Source: Octopus sinensis | Taxonomy: Eukaryota | Assembly (NCBI RefSeq): GCF_006345805.1 | Contig: NC_043002.1 | Location: 43,090,001 to 43,154,000, forward strand | Direction: 5' to 3' | DNA: 64,000 nucleotides | Shown here: positions 37,171 through 49,420 of the stretch, one piece after another | Position numbering within the stretch: the first letter of the stretch is position 1 | Layout of the letters: every line of letters starts with the position of its first letter | Translations under genes and position numbers: made by a program | The notes under the pieces: model-generated | The model's database searches: none | Told to the model about the DNA's origin: nothing | The model's input: the letters and a program-made list of their open reading frames with translations, nothing else

Positions 37171-37200
<30 letters not shown>
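34190..37200. repeat. Three tandem copies of a ~1.0-kb unit (SINE 3' half, PLE terminal-repeat piece, STRs)
   Basis: GCATATTTGTGTG at 34198, 35204 and 36205; differences almost only in STR lengths; breakpoints in (GT)n. Confidence 0.95.
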
Positions 37201-37206
<6 letters not shown>

Positions 37207-37379
37207 GTGTATGCGTATGTGTGTGTGAGCAAACATTTTTATTAGATATTAAGTATTCGTTTGAAAAGTGATACATGCCGTGTTGTCGCTGTTTCGATTT
37301 TCTTTTGTTTTGGCCGAAAGAACTCGCAAAAATGAGTTACTCAAAACAGCGTGAAAATGGAAAAATTAACTATATACTT

Positions 37380-37429
<50 letters not shown>

Positions 37430-37458
37430 GTGTGTATATATACATATATTATATGTAT

Positions 37459-38160
37459 ATTATATACTAGCTGAGTATCCCATCGTTGTCGGATAATTTT
37501 CGGAATAGCACACCCACATAAGTTGGATATTCTCCGTTTAGACGAGATTTTTGCAAATTCTTTTTCACTACACCCTTGGAAATGATAGTGGGAAGGAGAG
37601 GGGGGCTTTTTCTTAAAAAAAATTTGGAAAGTTTATGACCACCACTTCCCATCTTCCGGACCGTTATTGTCCATTTTTTTTCATTTTTGTACTAAGCATT
37701 TAAAAATGATGGAAGACGCATTTTCGGTAAAAAGAATGAAATTCAAAATTTATTAATTTATAAATTTTTTCAATCAACTGTTCGGCACTCATTACCAATT
37801 TGAACTAATTTTGTTTTTGCAACACGCACTTAAAATGATGATAGAAGCATTGAAATGTGATAAAAAAAAATCTGGAAACCAGTGATCCCCACTTCCTATA
37901 TTTTCAGACACTATTTTAAAAACAATAGCGAAAAAAAAAATTATTAATCCAGTACCCCACCCATAAATCCTAAAATTTCGGCTTTTCTTCGAAATATTTT
38001 TTATCATAGTTTTAAAATGTGGGCAATCAGAACCTGCAATATTTCTGTTTGTAACTTCAAAATAATTTTCAGGCGAAAATGTGTGTGATTTTAGGGATAT
38101 TTAGCTGTTGTTTCTAGCACATCTCCCGACCATCTGATACCTTGTTCGTTTCTTTCTCAC
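37459..38160. mobile_element. Possible non-autonomous Helitron-like element
   Basis: Starts TATACTAGCTGAGTATCCCATCGTTGTCGG and contains diverged internal subrepeats (CCACTTCC..TTTCC/AGAC); family uncertain. Confidence 0.35.
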
Positions 38161-38329
38161 TTTGATATAAATTGATGTTTTTTAATAGTTTTCTCCTCAT
38201 TAACACATTTTGTGCAATGATGATGCAGTGATCCATTGCTGGTATTTAAACAACAAAAATTAAATGTGTGTGTGTGTGTGTGTTTATTCCCCTACTTAAT
38301 ACTCATTACAAAGGGTTGAAAACCATAGA

Positions 38330-39130
38330 TGCATGCACTATCACTCTCTGTCGATTCCTGCCTCATATTTGTGTATTCTGTTAGAGATATCCCGGTCCAT
38401 TTTCTGATGTCGTCTAGTATCTTCTCATTCTCCCCTTCCCTCCTTTTTCATTGACTCTTCCCTCTAAGATGTAGATGCTGAGATTATGTTCCCTGATGAC
38501 ATGACCAAAATATTGCAGTCTTCTCCTCTTGGCAGTTGCCAAAATTCTCTTTCTGTTCTCTTTTCAAGTAGTTCGTTCACTGGTCAAGTCCTCCATACTC
38601 CTCGGTAGCAGATTGTTTCAAATGCTTTGAGTTCAGCATTCGTCGTTTGCTCTCAGGGTCCAGATTTTACATCCACACACAGCAACAAGTCAACATCAGT
38701 CCTTGTTTTAACTGTTAAGAGGTTTAACTGTTAAATGCCATGTCTTTCCAGATTATATTACGTAATTTCAAGCTTGATATTGCTGCCACAAATTTTGCTC
38801 TTATTTTATAGTCTCCGTCTCATGATTATTCTACTAGGGTATCACCTACGTATTTGATTTCTTCTAATGTTACTCCTTGGTACTGGAGCTGTTCTGTAGA
38901 GTTGCTCTGGTGTTTTGGCGCTACTATGAATCTTGTATTGATTTTCAGCTGATATTCACTCGATATACTTTGTACGTTATCCAGTCATTTATGTAGACTC
39001 TCTGGTGATGCTGATAAGAACTCTCATCAGCTCAATGCAGATTGTTGATGTTCTTTTCTTTGACGGCGATTCTTTCCCATCTAAATTCCTTAACTGATTT
39101 ACTCATTGCATCTTCAGAGCACTGACAGAA
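38330..39130 (-). mobile_element. Decayed RTE LINE, RT C-terminal part
   Basis: INNLH*AD (cf. INNLRYADD) and KRRRLQYFGHVIR....ILEGRV..GGKGR. Confidence 0.75.
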
Positions 39131-39148
39131 ACGAATTTGAGCTTCTTT

Positions 39149-39730
39149 CTGCTTTGCAAATATATAAGAGTTTTTCTAGTGACGTCTGCCACTGATTTCG
39201 AAAAACTGACTGTAAGCATTATTAAATCTCAGAGCGAGATGTAAACAGCAACCGCTCAAGCCATCTCAATATGGCTAACCACAAAGTGGGGGTGTTACTG
39301 TAGCTTTTTAGCTCCAGGAGATCATCGTCTCCAGCTGGCTTTAGACACCCTTTCAGTGCCCTTGAAGTATGCTTACAGTCAGTTTTTCGAAATCAGTGGC
39401 AGACGTCACTAGAAAAACTCTTATATATTTGCAAAGCAGGCCTTGTCTTTCATCGTGACCTGGTGGTTACCGCCCGTTGATAAGAGACAATAATCTCGAA
39501 ACCGGTCCGTGCGTATCACTCAGGCTTGCGAGGAAAGGATGGCCTCCCTTTGCAAATACTTCAAGGGCACTGAAATGGTGTCTAAAGCCAGCTGGAGACG
39601 ATGATCTCCTGGGGCTAAAAAGCTACAGTAACACCCCTACTTTGTGGTTAGCCATATTGAGATGGCTTTTATACTTTACATTGTCGAGCGGTTGCTGTTT
39701 ACATCTCACTCTGAGATTTAATAATGCTTA
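39149..39730. repeat. Interlocking inverted repeats A-B-A'-x-B'
   Basis: 39149-39219 is the exact reverse complement of 39369-39439 (71 bp); 39213-39370 is the reverse complement of 39556-39730 with one ~17-nt insertion and few substitutions. Confidence 0.92.
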
Positions 39731-41660
39731 TTTATGAATACTTTTTAGTATATATCAAATTTTACCACAATAGAGGGAGGAAAAGAAAAAAATAGAAATA
39801 GTTTAATATTTATGAACTTAAATACTAACTTAGATATCTGTGAATATTGATTAAATGATATTTACTGGTATTGATAAAGGAGTATTGAGGTAAAAGAACA
39901 TGCTAATTATATATTAAAAATTTTTAGTCTAAGCAGATTTTTTATTATAAGTAGTGAATATATCAGCATGGCTTTATATAAGCTGAGTATGAAATTTATA
40001 GAGATACAAGACTTAGAATGATTTTATAAATAAATAAATAAAGGTTAATTTTAAAAATAAAATAAAATAATCATAGAAAAGGGATAAAATGGTTTAATTA
40101 CTAATACTACGGTAGAGTATATTTAGCTTGTTAACACCAATAGAGAAGATTTTTAGAAAAAGTTTGATAATTCAAAATATATTAAACTAAAAATTATATT
40201 TACTTGTTAAGATAATATCTATAAAAGACTGCTGTTTGGTATCGGCTAAAGGAATAATTAAGTTATGGAACAATTCTACTTTCAACTAATCTTTTTGTAA
40301 AATTAAGGGTTATATTATAGGTTTAAGAAGTTATTATTATTAAACCCTACATGATACTTATATTTTCTAATTGGTAGTTATTTAGAAAGATTATTTATAT
40401 AAAGGTCATTATAAATACTAAGATCAGGAGGGTGGAGCTATTTGAGAAAAAGAAAAATCAAGTAATTTTTAAAAAGATCATTTCAAACAATGTTATCATA
40501 CTATATAAGGTTAAAAAGTTTTTTAGGGTAATCAAGAAGATTATTAAGAATGAGAATTTTAACAAACAGGATACCACTTTTGAGTATATACCAAATTCTT
40601 TAAACCACAGTAGAGGTAGGTAAAAGAAAATTGCAAAGAAATAGATTAATATTTATATACTTATTACTTATCTAAAATATTCACTTATAAGGTTTTTACG
40701 GAGATTGATCAAATGGATTTAACTAATATTTAATAAGGGTAACTGAGGTGAAAAAACATGTCAACTGTATACTGATTTAATTAAAGTTGAACTAATTTAA
40801 AGTTGTGGAGATAACAGTATTAACTTATATAAGTTGAGTATGAATTAATAAAGGTACAAGGATTATATTTATTTAAGGCTGTAATAAAAATAACAATAAC
40901 AACAATAACAAAATGATCAGTTAGGGTAGAGCATCTTAGAAAAGGAATAAATAGACTAATCACTAAAAACCAAAATAAAAAATAAAATATTCATACCTTA
41001 TTAACTCTAATAGCAAGTTTAAATTGAAAACGTATAATAATTTATGAGCTAGAAAATTAGCTTATTTAGTTTACTATAATCAGGGCTGAAACTCGGTATT
41101 AGTTGAAAAGATAATTTCTGTTAAAAGGACAAGTTAACCATATATTACTATTAAATTAAGATGTATAATATAGATTACGAAAGTTATTTGTGTTAATCTA
41201 TAAACAATATTACAGTTTCTAAGGAGTACTTAATTGGAGGGGCTATCTAATACCAATATAAATATCAAAATTAAGCGGATGGAACATTTTAAGAAAATTA
41301 CTTAAACTATTTTGAACAATATGTTATTAATTTTATTTTGTATAAGGTTAAAATATCATGGAGATTTAACATTTAGGTGAGCGAACAAATATATTACAAA
41401 TTAGTTAAATCTTAATTTAGGTAGTTAAATTTTGGCATTTAAATTTTAAAATTTTGAAGATGTCTACATTGGTTTTATAAGCTAAGTATGGCTTTATAAG
41501 GGTACAACAATTTAGGTTTATATAAAGGTAATTATAGAGTATTGAAATGATTAGATAGAGTAGAAACATTATAGAAAAGGATGTGAAAATAGCTTAATCA
41601 CTAAAACCATAATGAAGTACGTATACAACTTAGTAACTTCGATAGAGAAGATTTATGGAA
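39731..41660. repeat. Degenerate AT-rich tandem repeat, period about 830-850 bp (2 units plus part of a third)
   Basis: Colinear anchors: TTT.AGTATATA.CAAATT (39744/40578), TTATATAAG.TGAGTATGAA (39974/40825; third variant at about 41473), AATAG..TAAT.ACTAA (about 40088/40950/41588). Confidence 0.65.
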
Positions 41661-41889
41661 CATATGCAGTAATTCTAGAAATTAAAAATTGTTTATTTAC
41701 TCAATTAGCTTGTGTTTTAAATTGATGTAATGAAATGATTGCATTGATCAATTAAATGGAGTCGCATGAAACGATCGTACTGCATTACCTCTGGATATTC
41801 TTTGCTTATTTTGATTAGCGTCCAATAATACTATACTTTTTGTTCCACGTCCTCGCGTTGTGTTTTTTTTTGTGCTTTCTTGTTTGGAT

Positions 41890-41929
<40 letters not shown>

Positions 41930-41932
<3 letters not shown>

Positions 41933-42152
41933 TTTACTCTTTTACCTTTTACTCTTTTACTTGTTTCAGTCATTTGACTGCGGCCATGCTGGAGCACCAC
42001 CTTTAGTCGAGCAAATCGACCCCGGGACTTATTCTTTGTAAGCCCAGTACTTATTCTATCGGTCTTTTTTGCCGAACCGCTAAGTGACGGGGACGTAAAC
42101 ACACCAGCATCGGTTGTCAAGCAATGCTAGGGGGACAAACACAGACACACAA

Positions 42153-42183
<31 letters not shown>

Positions 42184-42333
42184 CATATATACGACAGGTT
42201 TCTTTCAGTTTCCGTCTACCAAATCCACTCACAAGGCTATAGCAGAAGACACTTGCCCAAGATGCCACGCAGTGGGACTGAACCCGCAACCATGTGGTTG
42301 GTTAGCAAGCTACTTACCACACAGCCACTCCTT
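41930..42333 (-). mobile_element. Full OR2-like CORE SINE
   Basis: Reverse complement of the 49673 copy including tail repeats. Confidence 0.85.
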
Positions 42334-42898
42334 AGATGGAATTTATAACCATTAAATGCATTGCTACGCCCGTTTTATTCATCAGATGCTGACTGAATAG
42401 AAAAATAAGTCCATCACCAAACACACCTCCATCCCCCATACAAATACCATCCCTTCCTTTCTTTCTATCACCTTCTCCTCCCCCCCCCCCACCAAATGCA
42501 CACAGAAGTACCCACATAACTCAGTCACTCTTCATAGTGGTCGAAAGGGATAAGCATCCCTATGTTGTACATCCATTAATGTTATATCGTCTGAAGAAAA
42601 GAATCCATTAAGATGATCAACCCAATAGCCACGGATAGTATGGACTACACAGTAATCATCCTAGGAATACTGACTGTGATCTTAAGAAACATGTGATTTG
42701 AGGAAACAGGCTTAGCAATGCATTAAATGTTTATAAATCCCATCCAAAAGTTATTGTTATTATTATTATTATATTTATCCTACATTTATCGTACTTTGAT
42801 GCAAACCTCCAAAGCTGGTTCACCAGTCAGCATCATTAGACCGTAGCCGGCATAATGGAATAGGAGCTTTATTTGCATATTCGTTTCCCGTAAACATG

Positions 42899-42940
<42 letters not shown>

Positions 42941-43464
42941 CTTTGGGGGGAATATTAGAGCTTGAAACACTTCACATAAGTCTATATTATTTATAGCTTT
43001 ATGTGATATGCTCCGAAATCCAATGTCTCAAAATAGAAATATTTTGATTTGTCTCGAAAGCTTATGAAATTCCTATGACGTCAACATATACACACACAGC
43101 AACACATATTAGCAAATAATAATTTCAGCTCATATTAAAGACCAAATGAGAAATTAATATACATTCATTGGCAATTAAATCACCTGTCCAGCATATTAAG
43201 GAACTCAGTGAACAAGATTTGTTAACGTGTATTCTCGATAATTTCTGATGAAAATTCTTTTATGGGACGTTCAGAATAGTTCAATCTCTGATAAAATTAT
43301 TTGCCAAAGTAGCATTTAGAGTATACAGTATAAGAATAGAAATAGAAAAGGGAATATTTACTGCAACAGTAAGAACTGATATACCTAAGAATTTTTATAG
43401 ACTAATAGTACAATTTCAGTAGGAAGTGTGTTAAGGTTTGTTACTCAACTAGTATTTCTGTTGT

Positions 43465-43548
<84 letters not shown>

Positions 43549-43562
43549 CATACATATATATA

Positions 43563-43604
<42 letters not shown>

Positions 43605-43664
43605 GTACGACGGTCTGCTCAGTTTCCGTCAACCAAATTCAGTCATAGGGCCATAGTATAAGAC

Positions 43665-45494
43665 ACATGCCAAGGTTTAGCGCTGTGGTACTTACTTTGA
43701 AACCACGCTGCTGCAAAGCAAACTATTTAACCACGCAGCCAACGCAATTTCATAATGCGAGTTGTTAGAGTGACCATTTTATAAACTGAATGCAATGATC
43801 AGTAATAAAAAACAAAAAAAAAACAACAAAAACAAAAATTCGTTTGAAGTATTATGTTTAAGCGTGAAATTCAGGCTGGTATATATTTCACAATAGCATG
43901 CTTTTACATACTGAGTTCTGTAATATATCACTTCTTGGGGAATCAAAACAAATTAATGCAGACACGCATACATACACACACACGTGCGCGCACACACTCA
44001 TACGCACACACATACATGCACAGACACAGACACACAAATACACGCACATAAACACACACACGCGCGATGGGATGCACTCAGCACTTGGCCTTCATTCCAT
44101 TCAGGTTTCGTCTCTTATCGTTAATCACTTTCAACTCCCACGAGAACATGTGTAGTTTGATGTGAGCTGTAACGTAATATAAAGCCCACATCAACGAGAG
44201 GAAAGAACATGGCCTTGAACTTTGACTCTCCTTTATTTCATCTGTAACTTATGTTTCAGTATTCGGTAATGCATGATGTCACACTATAGATGCAAAATTT
44301 ATACCTCAAAATGACAGCATGCATAGCTAAATAGCATAAATTAGAAATTTCCGATACATAAATGAGAAATACACGCCAGAGAGATGCGGTAACAAAATGT
44401 AAACATCCTAGAGGTAGAAGGGTAGAAGGGATGGGGAGAGTAGGAAAAGGTGGCTTCCAGAACCACAAATATGGACTGGTGTTGGGGTGAATCGGAGTGA
44501 ACTGCTGACCAATTTTGGGACACAATTCGCACTTATGTGACCTTAGGGGAAGGGAGACAGATGAACGAGTAGGTAAAACGTCGGGTAGCCAGCAAGACAT
44601 TTTGGGCGTAATAAACGAACACCGCTAGGTGAAGTAGGGATAAATAATGTTGTTGATAGGGTATGATGTACGATGAGGGATGTTGGAGTGGCTAAATTTT
44701 ATAACCATATGTCATGCATATGTGTATGGGCTTGTATATCTCACAGTTGAGTTGGAGACTAACATTTCATCCTCTTATTGCGGTGAGAGGAACACTGAGG
44801 GGTGGGGAAGAGCCAATCTTTATGTCTATGATGCAATTATAAATATAAACATCAGTTTCCTAGGGTGTATGGGATCTCTGAGAAAAGGAGCAAAAAATTA
44901 ATGTTTAAATTGTAAGTAGATGCCTGGGCGAAAGGAGATGTTCATTATTTACTCAGTCAAGAATAGCCTGCAATTTCTACAGCTGCTTCAGTAATTTTGC
45001 ACTTTTCCAGTATTTTATAACCATATGTCATGCATATGTGTATGGGCTTGTATATCTCACAGTTGAGTCGACCTCGGAATATATTTCTTTACTGCCCACA
45101 AGTGGCTAAACATAGAGGGGGCAAACAAGGACAGACAAAGGGATTAAGCCGATTACATCGACCCCAGTGCAAAACTGGTACTTAATTTATCGATCCCGAA
45201 AGGATGAAAGGCAAAGTGATATATTACAGAACTCAGTATGTAAAAGCATGCTATTGTGTAATATATACCAGCCTGAATTTCACGCTTAAACATAATACTT
45301 CAAACGAATTTTTGTTTTTGTTGGTTTTTTTTTTGTTTTTTATTACTGATCATTGCATTCAGTTTATAAACTGCGCACAAAATGGTCACTCTAACAACTC
45401 GCATTATGAAATTGCGTTGGCCGCGTGGTTAAATAGTTCGCTTTGCAACAGCGTGGTTTCAAAGTAAGTACCACAGCGCTAAGCCTTGGCATGT
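43665..45494. repeat. Inverted duplication of about 270 bp (43665-43933 vs 45214-45494)
   Basis: The arms are near-identical reverse complements and include non-SINE flanking sequence; one ~11-nt insertion. Confidence 0.9.
44250..44900 (-). pseudogene. Strongly decayed Penelope RT/GIY-YIG remnant
   Basis: HKCELCP..FYPSTSRMFTFCYRISLACISHLCIG resembles CRTCP..FTCTSSNIIYCISCSLCNSLYIG of the 47-kb element. Confidence 0.5.
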
Positions 45495-46330
45495 CGTAAT
45501 ACACAGTGCTGCTGTTTTTTTTCAATGTCCATACATGTCACGTTAAGTTTGTGATATTACAACTCTCTTGGATATTCTTTCCTACTCTCGGCACAAGGCC
45601 CGAAATTTTTTGGGGGTGGGGGGGCCAGTCGATTAGATCGACCCCTGTACGCAACTGGTACTTAATTTATCAACCACGAAAGGATGAAAGCAAAGTCGAC
45701 CGCGGTGGAATTTGATCTCAGAACGTAAAGACAGACGAAATACCTATTTCTTTATTACCCGCAAGGGGTTAAACATAGAGAGGACAAACAAGGACAGACA
45801 TAGGTGTTAGGTCGATTAGATCGACCCCAGTACGTAACTGGTACTTAATTTATCGACCCCGAAAGGATGAAAGGCAAAGTCGACCTCGGAATATATTTCT
45901 TTACTGCCTACAAGTGGCTAAACATAAAGGGGACAAACAAGGACAGACAAAGGGATTAAGCCGATTACATCGACCCCAGTGCAAAACTGGTACTTAATTT
46001 ATCGCCCCGAAAGGATGAAAGGCAAAGTCGACCTCGGCAGAATTTGAACTCAGAACGTAACGGCAGACGAAATACTGCTAAGAATTTCGCCGCTAACGTT
46101 TCTTATTTCTTTATTGCCCACAAGGAGCTAAACATAGAGGGGACAAACAAGGACAGACAAAGAGTTTCACTTGATTACATTGACCCCAGTGCGTGACTGG
46201 TACTTATTTAATCGACCCTGAAAGGATGAAAGGCAAAGTCGACCTCGGTGGAATTTGAACTCAGAGCGTAAAGACAGGCGAAATACCGCTAAGCATTTCG
46301 CCGCTAACGTTTCTGCCAGTTCGCCGCTTA
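45069..46330 (-). mobile_element. Cluster of about 6 head-to-tail Deu/Nin-domain SINE pieces
   Basis: Repeated TTTCTTTA(C/T)T.CC.ACAAG..GCTAAACATAGAGGGGACAAACAAGGACAGACA...GAAAGGATGAAAGGCAAAGTCGACCTCGG. Confidence 0.85.
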
Positions 46331-46751
46331 TCCTTCTTGGATATTAAACGAGGACGTGGTTGTTAAATTTGATCCTGAAGGGACTTTCGTAGTGCCAACA
46401 TAAGTTTGTACATTCGTCGCTCCAATGAAATCCTCCCACACCACCTCCATCTCTTATCTAACAGTGTCTATATTTCATTGACCGTTTAAGGTGCATATAA
46501 ATGTACCTCTGCATGAGCAATCTGCTTCTCTTCTAGGTTTCTGGGTCCGTATTCATGTTTTCTTAATGGCAAGTGTACCGCTAAAAAGGCCTTCACCGTG
46601 TCTCTTAAATAATTTTCTGCATATATTTGTTTGGGGCAAATGCTTATCGACTAAACTGAGGAAGATCCTACCTACACAAGTTTTGACAATGGCATGAAAC
46701 ATTTGGTAATTTAGCTTTATCGAGACTATAATATAGTATTATACTAACAGA

Positions 46752-46782
<31 letters not shown>

Positions 46783-48287
46783 ACGGGAAGCTTTATGAAA
46801 ATAAACAAAAGACGAAGGCAGGTGGAAAACAAACGAACAATTGTATTAGTATGGCGCTCAGGAAATATAAATAAAACAAGTCTTTAACGTTTCGAGCCTA
46901 CGCTCTTCAACAGAAAGATACACAGAGAGAGAAAAACACAGAAAGAAGGAGAGAAAAAAAATGCGTGCAGTAGCTAACGAATCAACATGGCGATCTGATT
47001 TCGGCCAGAGGTCAAAGATCAAACATGAGACGCGAGAGCGAAATAAGGGGAGATAATAAGGTTGATAAATGGGTTGAGGGACCAGCTAATAGTGCGTGGG
47101 AGGGGTCTGGATGTGTGTATGTATAGGGTTGGTGTATGTATTAGTATGTATAAGGGTGTGTGTGTGTGTGTGTGTATGAGAGAGTATTAGTGCGTAGGAT
47201 TGGTCTGGACGTGCGTATGTATTAATTCCTGTTCACGGCGCAAACGGGAATCCGGATGGCCTCTGTGTAAGGACAAACCGAACACAGATAGGTGTTGCAA
47301 GGAGTGACTGGTGGAGCGGAAATGGCGTGAGACCGGTGTGTCGTTCGCAAGGTGGATGTCACGAAGGTGTTCCGCGAACCGGTCAGCCAAGCGGCGTCCC
47401 GTTTGTCCGATGTACAAGGAATTGCAGAGAGAGCAAGAGATGCAATAGATAATATTGCTGGAGGTGCAGGTGAAGGAGTGGATGATGGGATAGGGTCGAT
47501 GGTGGGTGCTAGTGAAGCGGGTGGTGTTGGAGAGGTAAGGGCAAGTGCGGCAACGTGGGCGGGAGCAGGGGAACGAGCCGGGTTGGGAGGTAGGGTCAGG
47601 GAAGGAGCTATGGACCAAAGGTCTCGAAGGTTGTGGGCTCGTTTGAAAGAGGGGAGGGGTCGGTTAGGGAAGAGGTGTGAAGTGGACGGGTCGGACTGGA
47701 GATGACGGAAAGCTCGAAGAATGGTGCGTTGGAGACGTAGGGTCGTGGGGTGGTAAGTGAGGGGAAAAGGGAGGCGGGAGACTACAGGGCGGGTTCGGGG
47801 AGAGAGAGCAGATACACGGTCCACGGACCGTGCTCTGGCAAGGGCGGTGTGGATAGTGGTGAGGGGGTATCCACGTAGGGTGAAGTGGTGAGCCATACGT
47901 TGAGACTGAGTCTCAAAGTCATGGTCGTCACTACAGAGCCTACGTAGACGGAGGAATTGGGAATAGGGGATGGAAAGCTTGGTGTGTTCTGGGTGGGAGG
48001 AAGAGAAGTTGAGGTATGAGTGTGAGTCTGTGTGTTTGTAGTGAATGGAGGTGGTAAGAGTGAAGTGAAGAATGCTAACCGAAATGTCGAGGAAGGAGAC
48101 AGAGGTGTTGGAGATAGTGGAAGTGAAGTGGAGGGCTGGATGGAAAGATTGGACGAAAGAGAGGAAGGAATCTAGATGTTCGCGGGAGAGTGAGGTGGCA
48201 CCGATAATGTCGTCAATATAACGACCATATAGTTCAGGAGTGGGACCAGTGAAATTAGAGAATATTTGGGCCTCAACATAGCCAACG

Positions 48288-48290
<3 letters not shown>
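46783..48290 (-). mobile_element. 5'-truncated Penelope-like element (RT C-terminus, Cys motif, GIY-YIG, pLTR), Neptune-like
   Basis: YGRYIDDII, SFLDI, YKHTDSHSYL..SSHP, CSRPRCRTCP, IIYCISC..LYIGQT; frameshift at about 47620; both ends abut (TA)n tracts. Confidence 0.9.
46882..46917 (-). ncRNA. Minimal hammerhead motif in the pLTR, core mutated (A6 to U)
   Basis: CUUU-CUGUUGA-A-GAGC(GUAG)GCUC-GAAA-CG-U-U-AAAG; helices intact, palindromic ACGU helix III. Confidence 0.55.
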
Positions 48291-48326
<36 letters not shown>

Positions 48327-48354
48327 TATATATATATATATATATATAATATAT

Positions 48355-48417
<63 letters not shown>

Positions 48418-48594
48418 ATATATATATAATATATATATTATATAATATATATATATATATATATACATACATATATATATCAGCCACAGCAGGAAATGTA
48501 TCAGGACATGAAATATAAAAGCCGGACTAGACTACTTTATGCGCAACACCATTGTCTCCCGAGACAGAAAGGATGCCAACAACCAATATATATA

Positions 48595-48626
<32 letters not shown>

Positions 48627-48672
48627 GTGAGAAAGTTGGTGTGTGAAAGTACTTGGTTGGATGTATAAAAAA

Positions 48673-48983
48673 ATAGAAAAGAGTGAAAAAACTACAGAAG
48701 GCTTGTGTTATAAGGTTAAAGAATATATTTAAGTCGTTACGTTAGAAAAATGTTATAAGATTTTGTGTATAGTGACATAGTTTTGGGAGACATAACCGGT
48801 TTCGTGTTAACTTTTCAAATTTCTCAAATTTCTTTACCTACATTGTGTCACGTCTTCGTTATCTAGTGAAAAGAAGAGAAATCTTCTTTTCACTTCTTTC
48901 ACACAAAATTTTTCTAACATAACGACTTAAATATATTCTTTAACCTTATAACACAAACCTTCTGTAGTTTTTTCACTCTTTTC

Positions 48984-48986
<3 letters not shown>
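48673..48986. repeat. 79-bp inverted repeat around a 156-bp spacer
   Basis: 48673-48751 vs 48908-48986 with about 2 mismatches; the spacer contains CACGAAACCGGTTA (minus strand), a hammerhead-like remnant. Confidence 0.88.
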
Positions 48987-49029
<43 letters not shown>

Positions 49030-49113
49030 TGTGTGTGTGTGCCTGTATGCGTGCGTTTGTATCTATCTATCTATTTATCTGTCTATCTACTTCTCTCTCT
49101 CTTTCCCTCTGTA

Positions 49114-49183
<70 letters not shown>

Positions 49184-49420
49184 TATATATATATATATTA
49201 TATATATACACATATATATATACATGTATATGTATAAATAGGATCCAAGAATCGAGGTGTAGAAAGTTAGCATCAAGCAATCCGTAGTAAATATGAAAAA
49301 TAACTTTCAGGTACAATAGTGGTTGTGGATTTCTTCTTATCGAATTATGATAAATTGAAAAAAAGTTCTCTTTATATTTCACGGTATGAAACCAGAGTTC
49401 ATAGGTATGCGAATAAGGAT

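Noticed and set aside
40790-40830. 16S rRNA-like GGAGATAACAG
   Set aside because: Neighbouring universally conserved 16S motifs are absent.
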